DNA from: the human T2T-CHM13v2.0 reference genome, Homo sapiens
NCBI RefSeq assembly: GCF_009914755.1
Contig: NC_060926.1
DNA length: 64,000 nt
Strand: one strand, 5' to 3'
A program made the translations under genes and the position numbers. Numbering within the stretch: position 1 is the stretch's first letter; each line of letters opens with the position of its first letter. Shown piece by piece: positions 41,981 through 56,213 of the stretch. Below the pieces are notes generated by a model. It was not told the origin of the DNA, did not search any database, and was given only the letters and a program-made list of their open reading frames with translations.

Positions 41981-44552
41981 CTTTGCACATAGAAGGCTGT
42001 GAATCCAGAGTTTGGCAGACACAGCACCCTGAAGTGTGAATAGCTGCCCAGGACTTTCTTTGCTGAGTTCCCCTGATCTCAGCACTCTTCAGGGGCTGGC
42101 CCAGGAGAAGTCAACAGGATTTAAAGCACCATCCCTCATTTCTGGTGAGGGGAGCAGCATCTGAGGGCAGCAAGATCCTCTGTCAGCAGAGGGAATCTCA
42201 GGCAGCTTCACTCCAGTTCTTATGACGGCAGGAGGCTGGCCTTACAGCTTTAGAAAGGTTGTCAAGCTAAAGACTTAATATTAGGAGGGTGCCTGATTAA
42301 TACTCAAAGAGTGAGAACTCTCAGCCTGAACTTCGCATCCCCAAAGCGTTGTGGTGTATCCAAATTTCACTTGTGCAGGGAAGGAGGAGGAAATGGGGGA
42401 ATGTGGAAGGGAGTGAGGTGTGTCTGAGCAGAGTCAAGACATCACCAGGAAGTTGTTTTCCTAAACACCCCCAACCCCAAATCTCTCACATTGACCTGCT
42501 TTGTTGTAACTTGCCTCTTTTCTTTTAAAAATGAAACATAGATGAAAATTCCTATTATTTTGGAGTTCTGATCAGTGGGGTTTTGCTTGGTTAAAAGTTT
42601 CTTGTAATTGGAGAAGTTCTCTCTGAATGACAGCTCAGAGGAAATAGAGTTTCTGAAGTGTGCAAACCCATAAAGCCAAGCAGCTTCCCAAACAAGGCCA
42701 GAGTGACACAGAGGTGGTGAACCTAGAAGTGGAGCACTCACACTGAGACAGAAGCACTGTTTGCTTTGTGTTCAGACAAGGAGCGTGTAGAAGACACTAA
42801 CAGAGGATCATCTGCTGGAGTTGAATAATTTTAAATGATTCTGAATTTTTCTACCACTTCTACAGAAGGGTATAATATCTCATAATCTGTAGACAGGTTA
42901 AATACCAGGCCTGCTTCATTAGTTCCTAACTAACCTTTCTGAGCCTTGTATATGCATGTGTGATATGAGCATATTGATACTTAGCTTGCACTGTTGATGT
43001 GAGGATTAAATAAGATAATGTAAATAAAATGACACTAATGTGGATATTCAATATATGGTAGTTTAACAAGATGTTAAAATGAGATTCTTTTTGTCTGTAT
43101 TCAGCTGAAGCTCTCAAAAGAACCAGAACCAAATAGTAGGTGGCAAGTACTCCCACATCAAAGCAATGTGGGACTTGCAAAGGGATGGCCAAAAGCCAGT
43201 TCTGCAACTCTTAGCTCTTCTCCCATCTGGAAGATCTAAAAAGGCTGAAGAACCTCGGGAGGCTAGCTGGAAATTAGAGAAATAGTTCCTTTGGGGAAAA
43301 CAGTTGCATTGCAATGGAATTTTTCTTTCCCCTCCATGGGGGTGGTGGGAGGGTGTTTCCCTTTACCCCAAACAGACTGTGAGGTGGTTCAAGAAGGCTC
43401 TGACCTTGACCTGTGTCAGTTAGAATCTGTGTAGCCCAGAGGCTGGTGGCAGATCATGCCTGGAAACAGCCTAAAGGCCAGAGGCTGTGGCTGACTGGTG
43501 CCCTGGTGGCAGAGGAAATGGCTGCACTGGAATCAGCCTGTGCTCCTGCATTGCCAGGGTAAAGGATGCCTGAGTGAGGGCTTCCCATTGCAGACAAGCA
43601 GGATAAGGCCCTGTGGGTCTGGTGAAAATCCTGCCAAAGAGGACTGCCGGAACAGCAGGGGTATGATCTCAACAAAGGGGATGACCACCCGATTCTCAGA
43701 GGCTGAAAGAGAAAATGTAGGCAGCCAGCCACAGGAACACAGGTGGCCTGCCTCATGGGAAGCGCATCTGAATGCTGCTGGGGTGAGGGTGGGGGTGAGG
43801 GGTAGAAGAAATGTTTCTAAGCCCTCCTCCAAAAGGCAGGTTTGAACATCTACAAGCTGACAGGAGACCAATACCAGGTTAGATTGGCACCAAGAAAGGA
43901 TGAGTTTTCCTGCCCCTGGCTCCCATTTGCCCCCACCCTACCTTATTTCTAGAAGAGCTGAAGGAAGCAGGGACAGGCACAGGACAGGGAAATAGAGAAG
44001 ACCTCGCCACATCAGCCACCCTGCCCACTACAGGCTTCTCCAGCCTCGCAGTCCCGACTTGAAAAAGGCAGACTCCTCAACCCTAAATGAGATTCAGAGT
44101 ATTGGATGGAATGTTATATTTTAATTACTGAGTCGAGATGGTTTTGTGACTCAAAGTGGCTGGAAGTCTTTTTATTCTCTAAGAGAGATGGGGAATATGA
44201 TAGAACCTGCCTGAGAGTCCGTGCTGGGGTGGGGAAAGAACTGATTTGAATGGGTTATGGAAGGAAAAAAATTAAAGGCTTATTCTGATGGCCTCCTAGG
44301 AGCCTGGCTTATTCAACATAATTGTTACAGTAGCTATTGTTATAGGGAGATATTATTCACAAAGACAAACGTGGTAGTCTTGAAGGTTTGCTCACTGTAT
44401 AATCCCAGCTCTCTGTCTTCCAGGGACATGGTAGGGCTGTACTTCCCAGCCCCTGGGTTTGGGAAGTACAGTCAGTTCATTGTTGAGCATTTCATTGTGG
44501 TGTAAGATCCTCTGGAGCTCTCTTTTCTCTGTCGATGTACAGACCCACCCTA

Positions 44553-44875
44553 CAGCCACTGTGTAGCCACATGTAGCCACTGAGCACTTGTAAGTGGCTA
44601 GTCCAAATTGAGATGTGCTATAAGTGAAAAGGACATACCGGATTTCGAAGACTTAGTACAAAAAAATGCATGTAAAATATCTCATCAATAATTTTTGTAT
44701 TTTATAACTTGTTGACAAGATGCTATTTTGAATATAATGGGTTAAATTAAAAATATTATTGAAATTAATTTTATGTGCTTCTTTTTACAGTTTAAAATAT
44801 GGCTATTAGAAAATTTAGAGTCACACAGGTGGCTCACATTTGTGGCTTGCATTATGTTTTTATTGGACGATATGG
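44553..44875. mobile_element. MER33/MER3-type hAT MITE within a MaLR-like fragment
   Basis: AGCCACATGTAGCCACTGAGCACTTG...GGATTTCGAAGACTTAGTAC motif. Confidence 0.7.
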
Positions 44876-46842
44876 TTCCTGACAGTTGTTCCCTTTTCAG
44901 TCTGCATGGTTCCTAAAGTGAGGCTGTCAAAAACATGGGTAGATACCACAGACAACCGACAATGGATGCATAATGGAGCAAGAATAAGTGTTTGCTGTTT
45001 TAAAGCACTGGGGCTTGAGGTTGCTTGTTATTGCATCATGCATACCCTAGCTATCTCAGCTGATTTAGCAGGGAGGAGAAAGGCAGCAGAAGTGAACTCA
45101 CTCACCATCCTATCCTCTGAAATCTCCACAAATGTCTATTTTTCTTCTTTAGACCCCTCATCTCCATGCCCAACAACTGGAAACATCAGAATCTTTTTAG
45201 AATTTTCCTCATCCTCTGTATTGGACTCTGGTTGAGTAGTAATTCAGGAGAATGGCAAATCTAATATCACCGTGTGGGTTTTCCTTTGTCATCAATGTCT
45301 GGACACACAAGGGAGATAACTTTCTGCTTGTCTTGTTTTTGGGTACCAATGAGGCCATTGTAAGGCCAGAAGACTCACTGCCTTAGTTTGGCCATGTGTT
45401 TCCTGTTGCAGTGAGTGATGCAGTTGGATAAAGCAGACACACTCTTTCTGTTGTGCCTCCTTTCCCATTTCCTGCAAAGTTGTAAGGGGCTGGGATTGCC
45501 ACAGCAGATGTAACTTCATTTGAGGAGATTTGAACTTGTTCATATTTTCTTGACAACATTCATAGGGAGTTTTCCTTTGATTCTTAAGCAAACAGTGTTT
45601 CAATAGGGGAATAATGCACATTTGAAGATACTAGGGATGGCAGCATCTAACCTCTATCTTGCTGCTTAAGGAATTTAGTATAAACAGTCACTTTTGCAGT
45701 CTTCTGACTCTGAAAAATCTTTGGTGAATGGTTATGGATAGAATTGGCTGGATTGGAGTCCTTGGTTGCATTTAAGACTTGGTGATTGGCAATCAGTAGA
45801 GTTTCCTACTGTTATTAACCAGTTGTGTGCTCTTGGGCAAGTCTTTTGCCCTTTGGGCCTCTCCATGGCATATTCACATTAGAGTTTTCTAAGCTCATTC
45901 TGACCACATTGTGGAGGCTGTTTGGAGCTAGGCATCACTGGGAGAATAATGGCAGTCACACCTGTTATCATAATCCAGGTGAGAGGTGACTAGGTTTGAA
46001 TCACAGCAGGGAAGGTAAGGCAGGTGGGAGTTAAGTTCAATTGGCAGCTCCACAAATATTTAGAGGTTCCACCCTATGTCGGAACTGTGCTAAGATGGGA
46101 GGTAACCGAGACTTACTCTCTTGCCCTCAAGAACCCCTCCTTCTTGGAGAGAGAAGAGCTCCTAAGTTAATGATTTCGGCATCCCCTGGTTGCTCAGTGC
46201 TATGATGGGCAGATAAGTGGGGACAAATGGACTGTTCAGAGAGGGGTTCCTAGAAATGATAGTAACAGAGCACAGCTTTAAAGGACAAACAGGATGAAAA
46301 AGCTAAGAGATTCGAAAGCCACCTAAGAGGAAGAACCAGCAAGACAGGAAAGATTCTAAGATGATTGCCAGTTTAGGACTTAGTGACCTGGATGATGGTC
46401 ATTTCACTGATGAGTATAGCAAATACAAATGAACAACTTTGTTAGGGGAAAGAATGATGCATTTAGATAGGGAAATATGGAATTGAAAGTTCCAGTTAGG
46501 AATCCAGGAGTGAATGCCCAGTAGCAGTTAGAGATCTACAGGACTGGAGCAAAGGAGAAAGGTCACAATGGAGTTTTACACTAACGAGTCATTTCTGTGG
46601 GTATGAAGTGGTAAGAATGGGTGAAAATGCCCAGGGAGAACAAGAGCCCATGCATTCATTCTCTCATGCGTTCAGTATATATTAAGAGTCCACTGTGTGG
46701 TGATTGAAGAAATGTGAGAGCAACCTGGTAGAGTGCATTCCTTAAAGACAAGCAGGAGTGTAGACTCTTCTTTCAAGAAACCTGATTGTGCAGGGAAAGA
46801 ATCAAATAAAGTGATAATTAGTTGGAAAAGGAGACCAAGGGA

Positions 46843-47647
<805 letters not shown>

Positions 47648-47799
47648 GTGGAAATGTTGAGGAAAGTCCAGAAAACTGGCTTTAGGTACTATTTGTGTTG
47701 AATGAATAACTAAAGAACCTGAGTGTTGCCTTTTTTCCTTGTAGGCAATGGGGAGCCATTTATTAAAGGGGGCCTGGATGTAGCTAGCTTGGAGGAAGG

Positions 47800-48182
47800 T
47801 GTATTAGTTCATTCTCATGCTGCTATAAAGAACTTCCCAAGACTGGGTAATTTATAAAGAAAAGAAGTTTAAAAGTTCTGCAAGACTAGATAGGCCTCAG
47901 GAAACTTACAATCATGGCAGTAGTGGGGGTGGGGGCAGGGGGGTGGAAAACACATCCTTCTTCACCTGGTAGCAGGAAGGTGAAGAGTGAGAGCCAAGCA
48001 AAGGGGGAAGCCCCTTATAAAACCATTAGATCTCATGAGAACTTACTATCATGAGAGCAGCAAGGGGGAAACTGCCCCCATGATTCAATTACCTCTCACC
48101 AGGTCCCTCCTATGACATGTGAGGATTATGGGAACTACAATTCAAGATGAGATTTGGGTGGGGACCCAGCCAAACCATATCA
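47800..48182. mobile_element. THE1-type MaLR solo LTR
   Basis: TGTATTAGT...CCATATCA termini; perfect 5-bp TSD GAAGG. Confidence 0.92.
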
Positions 48183-48199
48183 GAAGGTGACTCCAGAGA

Positions 48200-50100
48200 T
48201 GGGGAAATTAATTAGTGGACTACTGTAGTATATCTCTATGGGAGGTGAGAAGAGTGTCAGTAGCAGAAAGAATGATGAACAGAACCATTTCAAAGGAAGA
48301 ATCTACAGATTGCAATGAGTAAGATGGTGAGAGTTAAGAGGTGTTTTCCATTCTTTGGGAAGAGCAGTTCCTTAAGAGAAAAAGGAAAGTCATAGCATGA
48401 GGATGGATTTGGAACATGAGTTTGAAGGTAAGGGGAGAGAGTCAGGATGCAGAGACTGACTTAGACTCATGAGCAAAGAAGTAACAGCTGAAGTCCTAGG
48501 AGATGCGTTCACCAAAAACGAATATGTAGAATTGAGAAATTGATATAGGTCACCTGAGAAGACTCATGAGTGGAGATCAGGAGTAGAAAGATGAGCCAGC
48601 AAAAGGGTTGGTAAAGATTTGGTCTGCAGAAGAAGTGACTCAGAAGCCTAGGGAGAGGAGAGATTCTTCAAGAAAAGGGAAGTGGTTAACAATGTCAAAT
48701 TCACAAAGGTTAAGGTGGCTGAGATCTTAAAAAAGACGGTTTGTTTTGGTCATTAAAGTGCCGTGGTGACCTTCAGGGCAGAAGTTTCAAAAGAATGGTG
48801 AAGGGAGAAGTTACACTACAGAGAAAATGGGGAACAATGGTGAAAAAAAGAAAGCAATGGTCATAGATTATTCATTTCAGAAGTTTGCTACAGTGAATTA
48901 CCTAGTGGAGAACTGGCTTGTAGCTACCAGGAGTAATAGGTTAACTCATTAATTTACTTGTTCAAGAGGCCTGTATTTATTAGATCCCACTAGGTGCTTG
49001 TTCACTGCTAGGTGAGTAAGGCAGGCAAGATCACCACTGTTATGGAGTTTGCATTCTAGTGTGAGAGAGATAGTCTGTAAATGATGAAGACAATTGCAGA
49101 TATTAAAAGTGCTATGATGAAAATGAAACATGGCACACAATGAGCACATTCCAGTCTATACAAAGAGAAAGTGCATAGATTGAGCACAGTATATCTGGTG
49201 CTTGATAAACTATGGGGAAAGTGGTAGAAGACATCAGAGAAGCAGAGAAGGAGTTTGTGTTTTACTCTAAGTGCAAGGGGATGCTATAAGTAGATTTTAA
49301 ACAGAGAAGTAACTTGATTAGATTTACAACTTCTAAACTCGCTTAGGCTGCTTTGTGAAGAATGGACTGTATAGGGCAAGAGTTGAAGTTGGAAATATGA
49401 CGGGAAGATGCTGAATAATTCATTCAAGGAATAAATGTGGTTTAGATCCAGTTGGTACACCGCAAATAGTGACAAGGGGTCAGCTTTGGACTATATTGTG
49501 GTGGTAGAAACATCAACAGGATGTGCAAAATGATGTTGAAGGGGTAGGGTCTAAGAAGAAAGCCAAATGAAGGATGACTCCTAGGTTTTTGGTCTGAGTG
49601 AAAGCTAGGACCATTTCCTGAGCTGGGAAGATGGGGGGAGGTGCAGGGGTGTGGCGTGGCAGGGTGAGAAGAATCAGGGGCTTCATTTTGCTTGTGTATG
49701 ATGTGCCTGAGTCATCTAAGTAATGGTGGGGATCAGAGAAATGGGAAGAACCAGGTGAAAGGTGTTTCTCTTAGTGGAGAACTGAACATTTGTAGGTTGC
49801 AGATAGAGGACAGGAGTTTGCTAAAGATGGGAAGAGAAGAAGAAAATGAGGAAGGAGCATTTGGGAGGAGGTAGAGGAGGTGGAGGAGGTGAAGAAGGAT
49901 TGAGCCAATGGCCCAGACAGTGGATTGACTGTGGAAAGCAGGGAGGACACATTGATGTGAACAAGGAAGTAGAGATGGATGTAGAAATAGAGTTCCATAG
50001 AGGTTGAGAGGAAGAAAGAGGACACAGCTTGTGTCAAATGGCCCCTGACATGGCTCTAAATTAAAATAAAAAATGAGGTCATATGTTGAGGGAGATTTGG
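48200..50100 (-). mobile_element. L2 fragments (approximate extent)
   Basis: Purine-rich degenerate L2 motifs, e.g. AAGGATGACTCCTAGGTTTTTGGTCTGAG. Confidence 0.55.
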
Positions 50101-50663
50101 GTGACAAGACTTGTTGGGAGCTTGAGAAGAGAGGAGATTTGGAACAGACATGTGGGGCCCCTCAGCTGAGAATTGAGAGCATTTATCTCTATGCAGTGCA
50201 GAGGTAGAAAAGCCCTTGACCATCAGAAGTCCTTAGTGATCTGAAGACAAGAATGAGGAAGTCAGTGGGAATGGCCTCGGTGCCAGGGGCCAGTGTGGAG
50301 TCTCTAGCAGCAGGTTAAGGGTGTGTCGGTAGATTAGGTTAAGGATATGTTTGGGATACCCTCCAGGGAGTGTGGGATACCCTCCAGAGTCTGGAGGAGC
50401 CAGGGGGCTTTAGCATACGGAGTGGGGTTGAGGGGTTGGACTTCTGGCATAGGCAAAATGCTGGGTATCCTTGCCGTAACACAGGGGTGTGAAAGTGCTG
50501 CTAAAAGCATCACCCACAGACCACCACCAGCAGCATCCCCTGGGAGTCTACTAGTAATGCAGGAGCTGAAACAAAGAGGGCATTTTAGCCAGATTCCTGG
50601 ATGATGTCATATGTATATAGTTTAGGATATGCTGCTCTAAGGAATGAGGCTTTAAAAGGTTAA

Positions 50664-50969
<306 letters not shown>

Positions 50970-51619
50970 TTAAATGCTTTTTGAAGTAAAAAACTGACCA
51001 GAAGATCTTTCTTGTAGATTAATTTGATATATTTTACTTTTTAATATATCTTTATCTTTTTCTGATTTTAAAAAACCTTGCACACTTGTTTTAGAAGTAG
51101 AAACTAAGAACATGTATAAAAAAGAGACTAACGTTCAGTCCCATTCTTAGGGTCTGTTATGATACTAGAAGGAGCAGAATAATGGCTGTGGGTGTCTCCC
51201 AGAGGTCTCATCTCTTCCAGGGAGTTATCACTGAGAGGCAGTTTAATAGCAGAGCAGCTCCTTCCTGGTTAGGTGACCTTCAGCCAGTTACTTAACACAG
51301 CCTTCATTTTTTATCAGTAAAATGGGCATGTGAATAATAGTACATAGGGTTAATATAAGGATTACATTACATTCAATCCTTATGAAAATTTACATATTCA
51401 AAATCCTATGAGAAAATTTACATATTTCAATTATGTAAATACCTTAGGGCAGTTCCTGGTTCATAATGAAAGCTCAAAAAATGTTAAAATTGCATATTAG
51501 GACTGTACCAGGGTGAGAAATCACTAAGTTAAGCAAACTTTTAACACAGTGTAAGGATTGCTCCCGCTTGGAGGTCTTTGGGCCGCTTCAGGTATAGACT
51601 ATTGTCTTCAGGGTCTCAC

Positions 51620-51957
51620 CATTCACGACAGTTCGGGAGGAGAACCCTGGAGGACTGAGGAAACAAGATGCACCCCTCATCTGAAGTTGCTCATCAGGAA
51701 AGGAAGCTGAGGCCTAGGCAAAGGGTGACAAGATGTGGAGACTGTGATTTGAGATGAGAAGCAACAGAGTTAAAGCCGGGGTACTGGAATGGAATGCAGG
51801 GTTCTCCGAGGGGCGTCTCATACATTTTACTTGGTGTTATACCTTTTCTCTCTGTTACATAAGTTCACAGCACCAATATGATTGCTGTTGCAATAACACA
51901 GCTGCAAATAAAAACCATAAAAACCCAGAAAAAACATCTGAGCTTCCCCCAACTGTC
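51620..51957 (-). pseudogene. Candidate decayed exon pair (transmembrane exon 51843-51957 plus exon 51620-51680) of an unidentified gene
   Basis: AG/GT-bounded and phase-compatible; DSWGKLRCFFWVFMVFICSCVIATAIILVL*TYVTERK-D-EGCILFPQSSRVLLPNCRE; no homology search done. Confidence 0.35.
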
Positions 51958-53272
51958 CTTGAATAGGGGTTAACCAATTTGGAAATCCCCGCTTCTGGTT
52001 GCAGCATATCCGCAAGTTTAAATAAACATTGATGAAACACTATGTTAAGAGTTCAGCATAACCATGAGTAAGGTTATATAAAATGTTTAATAGGTCACGT
52101 GGCACCTGTAGGGTAGAAATTGTACATTATTTCTAATGCATTTAGTAACTAAGTCCTTTTTGAAAGTTCTTGTAACTACAGGCTCTGCTTGAACAATAGC
52201 AATACTATATCTATGTGTGAGAGAATAATAACATTCCCTGGTCTGGTCTTGTTTCTTTAATATCATCTGCCTTCCCTGGCAGATGTTTCCTAGAATTTAA
52301 TAAGAAAACAACCGTTTACAGAATATGTAGTCTAGGTCAGGAACTCGGTTAAGTACTTTTCAAGAATTGTTTTATTTCACCCTCACCCTATCCCTTTGAG
52401 ATAGTTCCTTTTGTTATCACCATTTTACAGATGATGACACTGAGGCTCAAAAAGGTGAAGTAAATTGGCCAGGGTGACACAACTAGGTAGGATAGCAGAG
52501 ATGGGATTCAAACCCAGAGTTTGCACTTTTAATCAGTGCTGTTTTCTGTCCTTCCTACTCATACTCTTCCCAGGAGTATCATTCTAACCTATTGCTGCAT
52601 TTAGCATGCACGGTACCAGGAATTCTCCAGCCTTCTGGGTTGCCCTTTGCTTTGGCATCCAAATAAAGTAACTCCAGTCTTGTACAACTTTCTGTGGGAA
52701 AGCTGATGACCTCACCAATTTTCCCCCAAATTCTCGAGAGTAGAGGAGAGAACTTATATTATTTTATCTGTTCTCATTCTAAATTCTTCCTCTTGTATTA
52801 GTTCTCATCACCTACCCGATGACATAAAGCAGTTACTGTAATTCTCTGCATACAGCCTCACCCTGCACTTGCACATAGCTCTTCTTCCGTTCTTCTAAAC
52901 ATCACTCCTCCAAAGGTATGAAGTGGTCAGCTGGTTTCTCTGGAAAGCAGCTGAGACAGAAGTAAGTGGAGGAGGTTTGATGAGAAGGGGAAGGAGTAAT
53001 CCCATGAGAGATAAAAAAGGAAGGAAGCAGAATTTGGGCAGGAAAATCCTTCGGACTGCAATGCAAATCTGACACCAGGGTTGGCCTTGAAAGCAAAGGG
53101 CAGTCTTTCCTACAGACAGAATTTGAGTGGGACACCTGGTGATAATATGTGTATGGACTCATACACAGTGATGAATGGCCTGTGCAGTTGTTCAGGGGCC
53201 TTTAAGGAAAAAACTGTAAGTTCAGAGACAGGAAGTCTAGTTAACTTTTAAAACGAATTCTATGCTAAATTC

Positions 53273-53493
53273 CAGGGATATCCAATCTTTTGGCTTCCCT
53301 GGGCCATAATGGAAGATCAAGAATTGTCCTGGACCACACATAAAATACAAGAACACTAACAATAGCTGATGAGCTAAAAAAAAATCACAAAAAACTCTCA
53401 GTGTTCTAAGAAAGCTTATGAATTTGTGTTGGGTCACATTCAAAGCAATCCTGGGTCATATACAGCCCACAGGCCATGGGTCAGACAAGCTTG
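53273..53493. mobile_element. MER30 hAT MITE
   Basis: CAGGGATATCCAATCTTTTGGCTTCCCTGGGCC...GACAAGCTTG. Confidence 0.8.
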
Positions 53494-53823
53494 GTATACT
53501 CCTCTAGCTCTGGCTCAACTAAACTCAAAATTCCTTTCTTCTCGCAATAAAACCTGGCACTTGATAAGAAAAACATTGGCTTTCATAACTATTATCTCTA
53601 AAGTTGACATCAATTTTTTTGCAGCTGAGTTCTTCACTATTCTCTGAAGGGGCTAAGGGAGTAAGAAAGATTGCCAGGAATAAAAAGTACTTCTGACTTA
53701 TTTTAAATCACTATCTTGCAGGAATTAATTATATGATTTTAATTATGTGAAGTTTAAATTCAGGCAATATTAATCAACATTTATAAAAGTCAGAATAGAG
53801 ATTACTTTTGGAGGCTGTGGTAT

Positions 53824-54985
53824 TGTGATACATTAAGAATATAAGAAACATATATTAGGTCTTCATCCCCATTTCCTGGCACATAGCTCCTAAACACTTG
53901 TAAAATCCTGGATGATAAAGGCAAGAGGAATGTCTTTTGTTATCTATATTAATTATTGTATATTATTTCATCATATGTGAGTTTGTTTTCATGAAGTGAC
54001 TCTTGGAGGCTGGTGGTTATCAGAGGAATCACATGGTTGATTACAGGGTTGGAACTTTCAGCACTCCCTCCCTCCCCCAACCTCTGGAGAGGGGAGAAGG
54101 GCTGGAGATTGAGCTCAGTCACCAATGGCCCATGATTTAGTCCAGGGTTCCCCAACCCCCAGGCTGTGGACCAGTACCAGTCTATGGCCTGTTAGGAACT
54201 GGACTGCAAAGCAGGAGGCGAGCAGTGGGTGAGCAAGGATTCCCGCCTGAGCTCCGCCTCCTGTCAGATCAGCAGCAGCATTAGATTCTCGTAGGAGTGT
54301 GAATCCTATTGTGAACCGAGTATGCAAGGGATCTAGGTTGCGTCATCCTTATGAGAATTGAATGATAAATGTAATGTGCTTGAATCGTCCTGAAACCACA
54401 CCCCCCATCTGTGGAAAAATTGTCTTCCATGAAACTGGTCCCTGGTGCCAAAAAGGTTGGGGACCACTAATTAGTCAATCATGCCTACCGAATAGAAACT
54501 CCATAAACCCCCTAACTGACAGGACTTGGAGGACTTCAGGTTGGTGGAAACACAGACCTGCTGGGAGGGTGCAGCATGTGGAGCAGGACGGAACCTCTCA
54601 GCTCCACCCTCATACTTTGTCCTGTGTATCTCTTCATCTGGCTGATCTTAAGTGGTATCCTTTAAAATAAACTGCTAATTGTAAGTAAAGCACTTTCTTG
54701 AGTCCTGTGAGCCATTCTAGCAAATTATCAAACCTAAAGAGAAGGTCATGGCAACCCCCAATGGATAGCTAGTTAGCCAGATGGACAGGTCACAGTTTGG
54801 GACTACTGACTGGTGTCTAAATTTGGTTTCAGCCTTGCGAGGCTGAGTCCTCAACCTATGGGGTCTGCACTAACTCTGGGTAGTTAGTGTCATGAGTAAA
54901 TTGTAGTACACCCACTTGGTATCTGGAGAGTTGGAGAATTGCTTAATGTGAGGTAAACTCCACACATTTGGTGTGAGAAGTATTT
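53824..54985 (+). mobile_element. MER21-type LTR with nested MER1B (54143-54469)
   Basis: TGTGATA start and MER21-like body; MER1 TIR CAGGGTTCCCCAAC...GTTGGGGACCACT with TTAGTC duplicated on both sides. Confidence 0.75.
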
Positions 54986-55617
54986 TGAATGTATGAATTT
55001 TTCTTTCCTTTTAGGGGTGCAGTGTACAAATTGGGCAGTTGCAGGAGGGAATCATAGGCTGCTGCTGGGATGTGCTATGACTTGGTCTATGAATTAGCTA
55101 CACTCAATTAATATGTGGAAGACAACTCTTCAAGCTGTACACTTAAGATGAGTGTACTTTTTGCATTTAATTGTATATTCTTTCTATAAAAATTATTGTA
55201 TGAGTTTCCTATTGTTGTAACAAGTAACCACAAATTTAGAAGCTTAAAACAACACAAATTTATTATCTCACAGCTCTGGAGGTTATAAGTCTGAAATGGG
55301 TCTCGAGATGTTGGGAGGGCTGCATTCCTTGATGGAGGCTGTAATTTTCTAATTTTACTATTCACTTATCTTTCAACAGATGCTCAGTGATTGTCAGCCA
55401 CTAAAAGCCTCTAATTACAACCTATCTGCACTTCTAATTCCACCCTATTCTCCCCATGCAGGTAGATGACTAGGTTAGGCTTTTATTTTCAAGAAGGCTA
55501 AAGAATAAGGTACATTCAGCTTGTTAAAGGCATATTCAACTTATTGATACTATCCTGTTGCCTATACATTTACAGACATTCATGTGACTATCATTATTAT
55601 TAGAGAGAATGTTCTAA

Positions 55618-55982
<365 letters not shown>

Positions 55983-56213
55983 TCATTCAAATTTGCCTGT
56001 GTATTTTTTTATTCTTGACAAATGAGTCAGCAAAGTTGCAAATGTCCCCTTATTTGACTTGGTTCAGTGTTTCAATGTCATTCCAAAACAAAGATGCCAG
56101 GGATGCTGTTCCAAAGTCTGTGGTCTCTATGTGTATGGAAGCACTAGTGAGGGCACGCTATTTCTCTTTCTACTCAATCCACACACTGGGATGATGGCTA
56201 CAAATGCTCATTG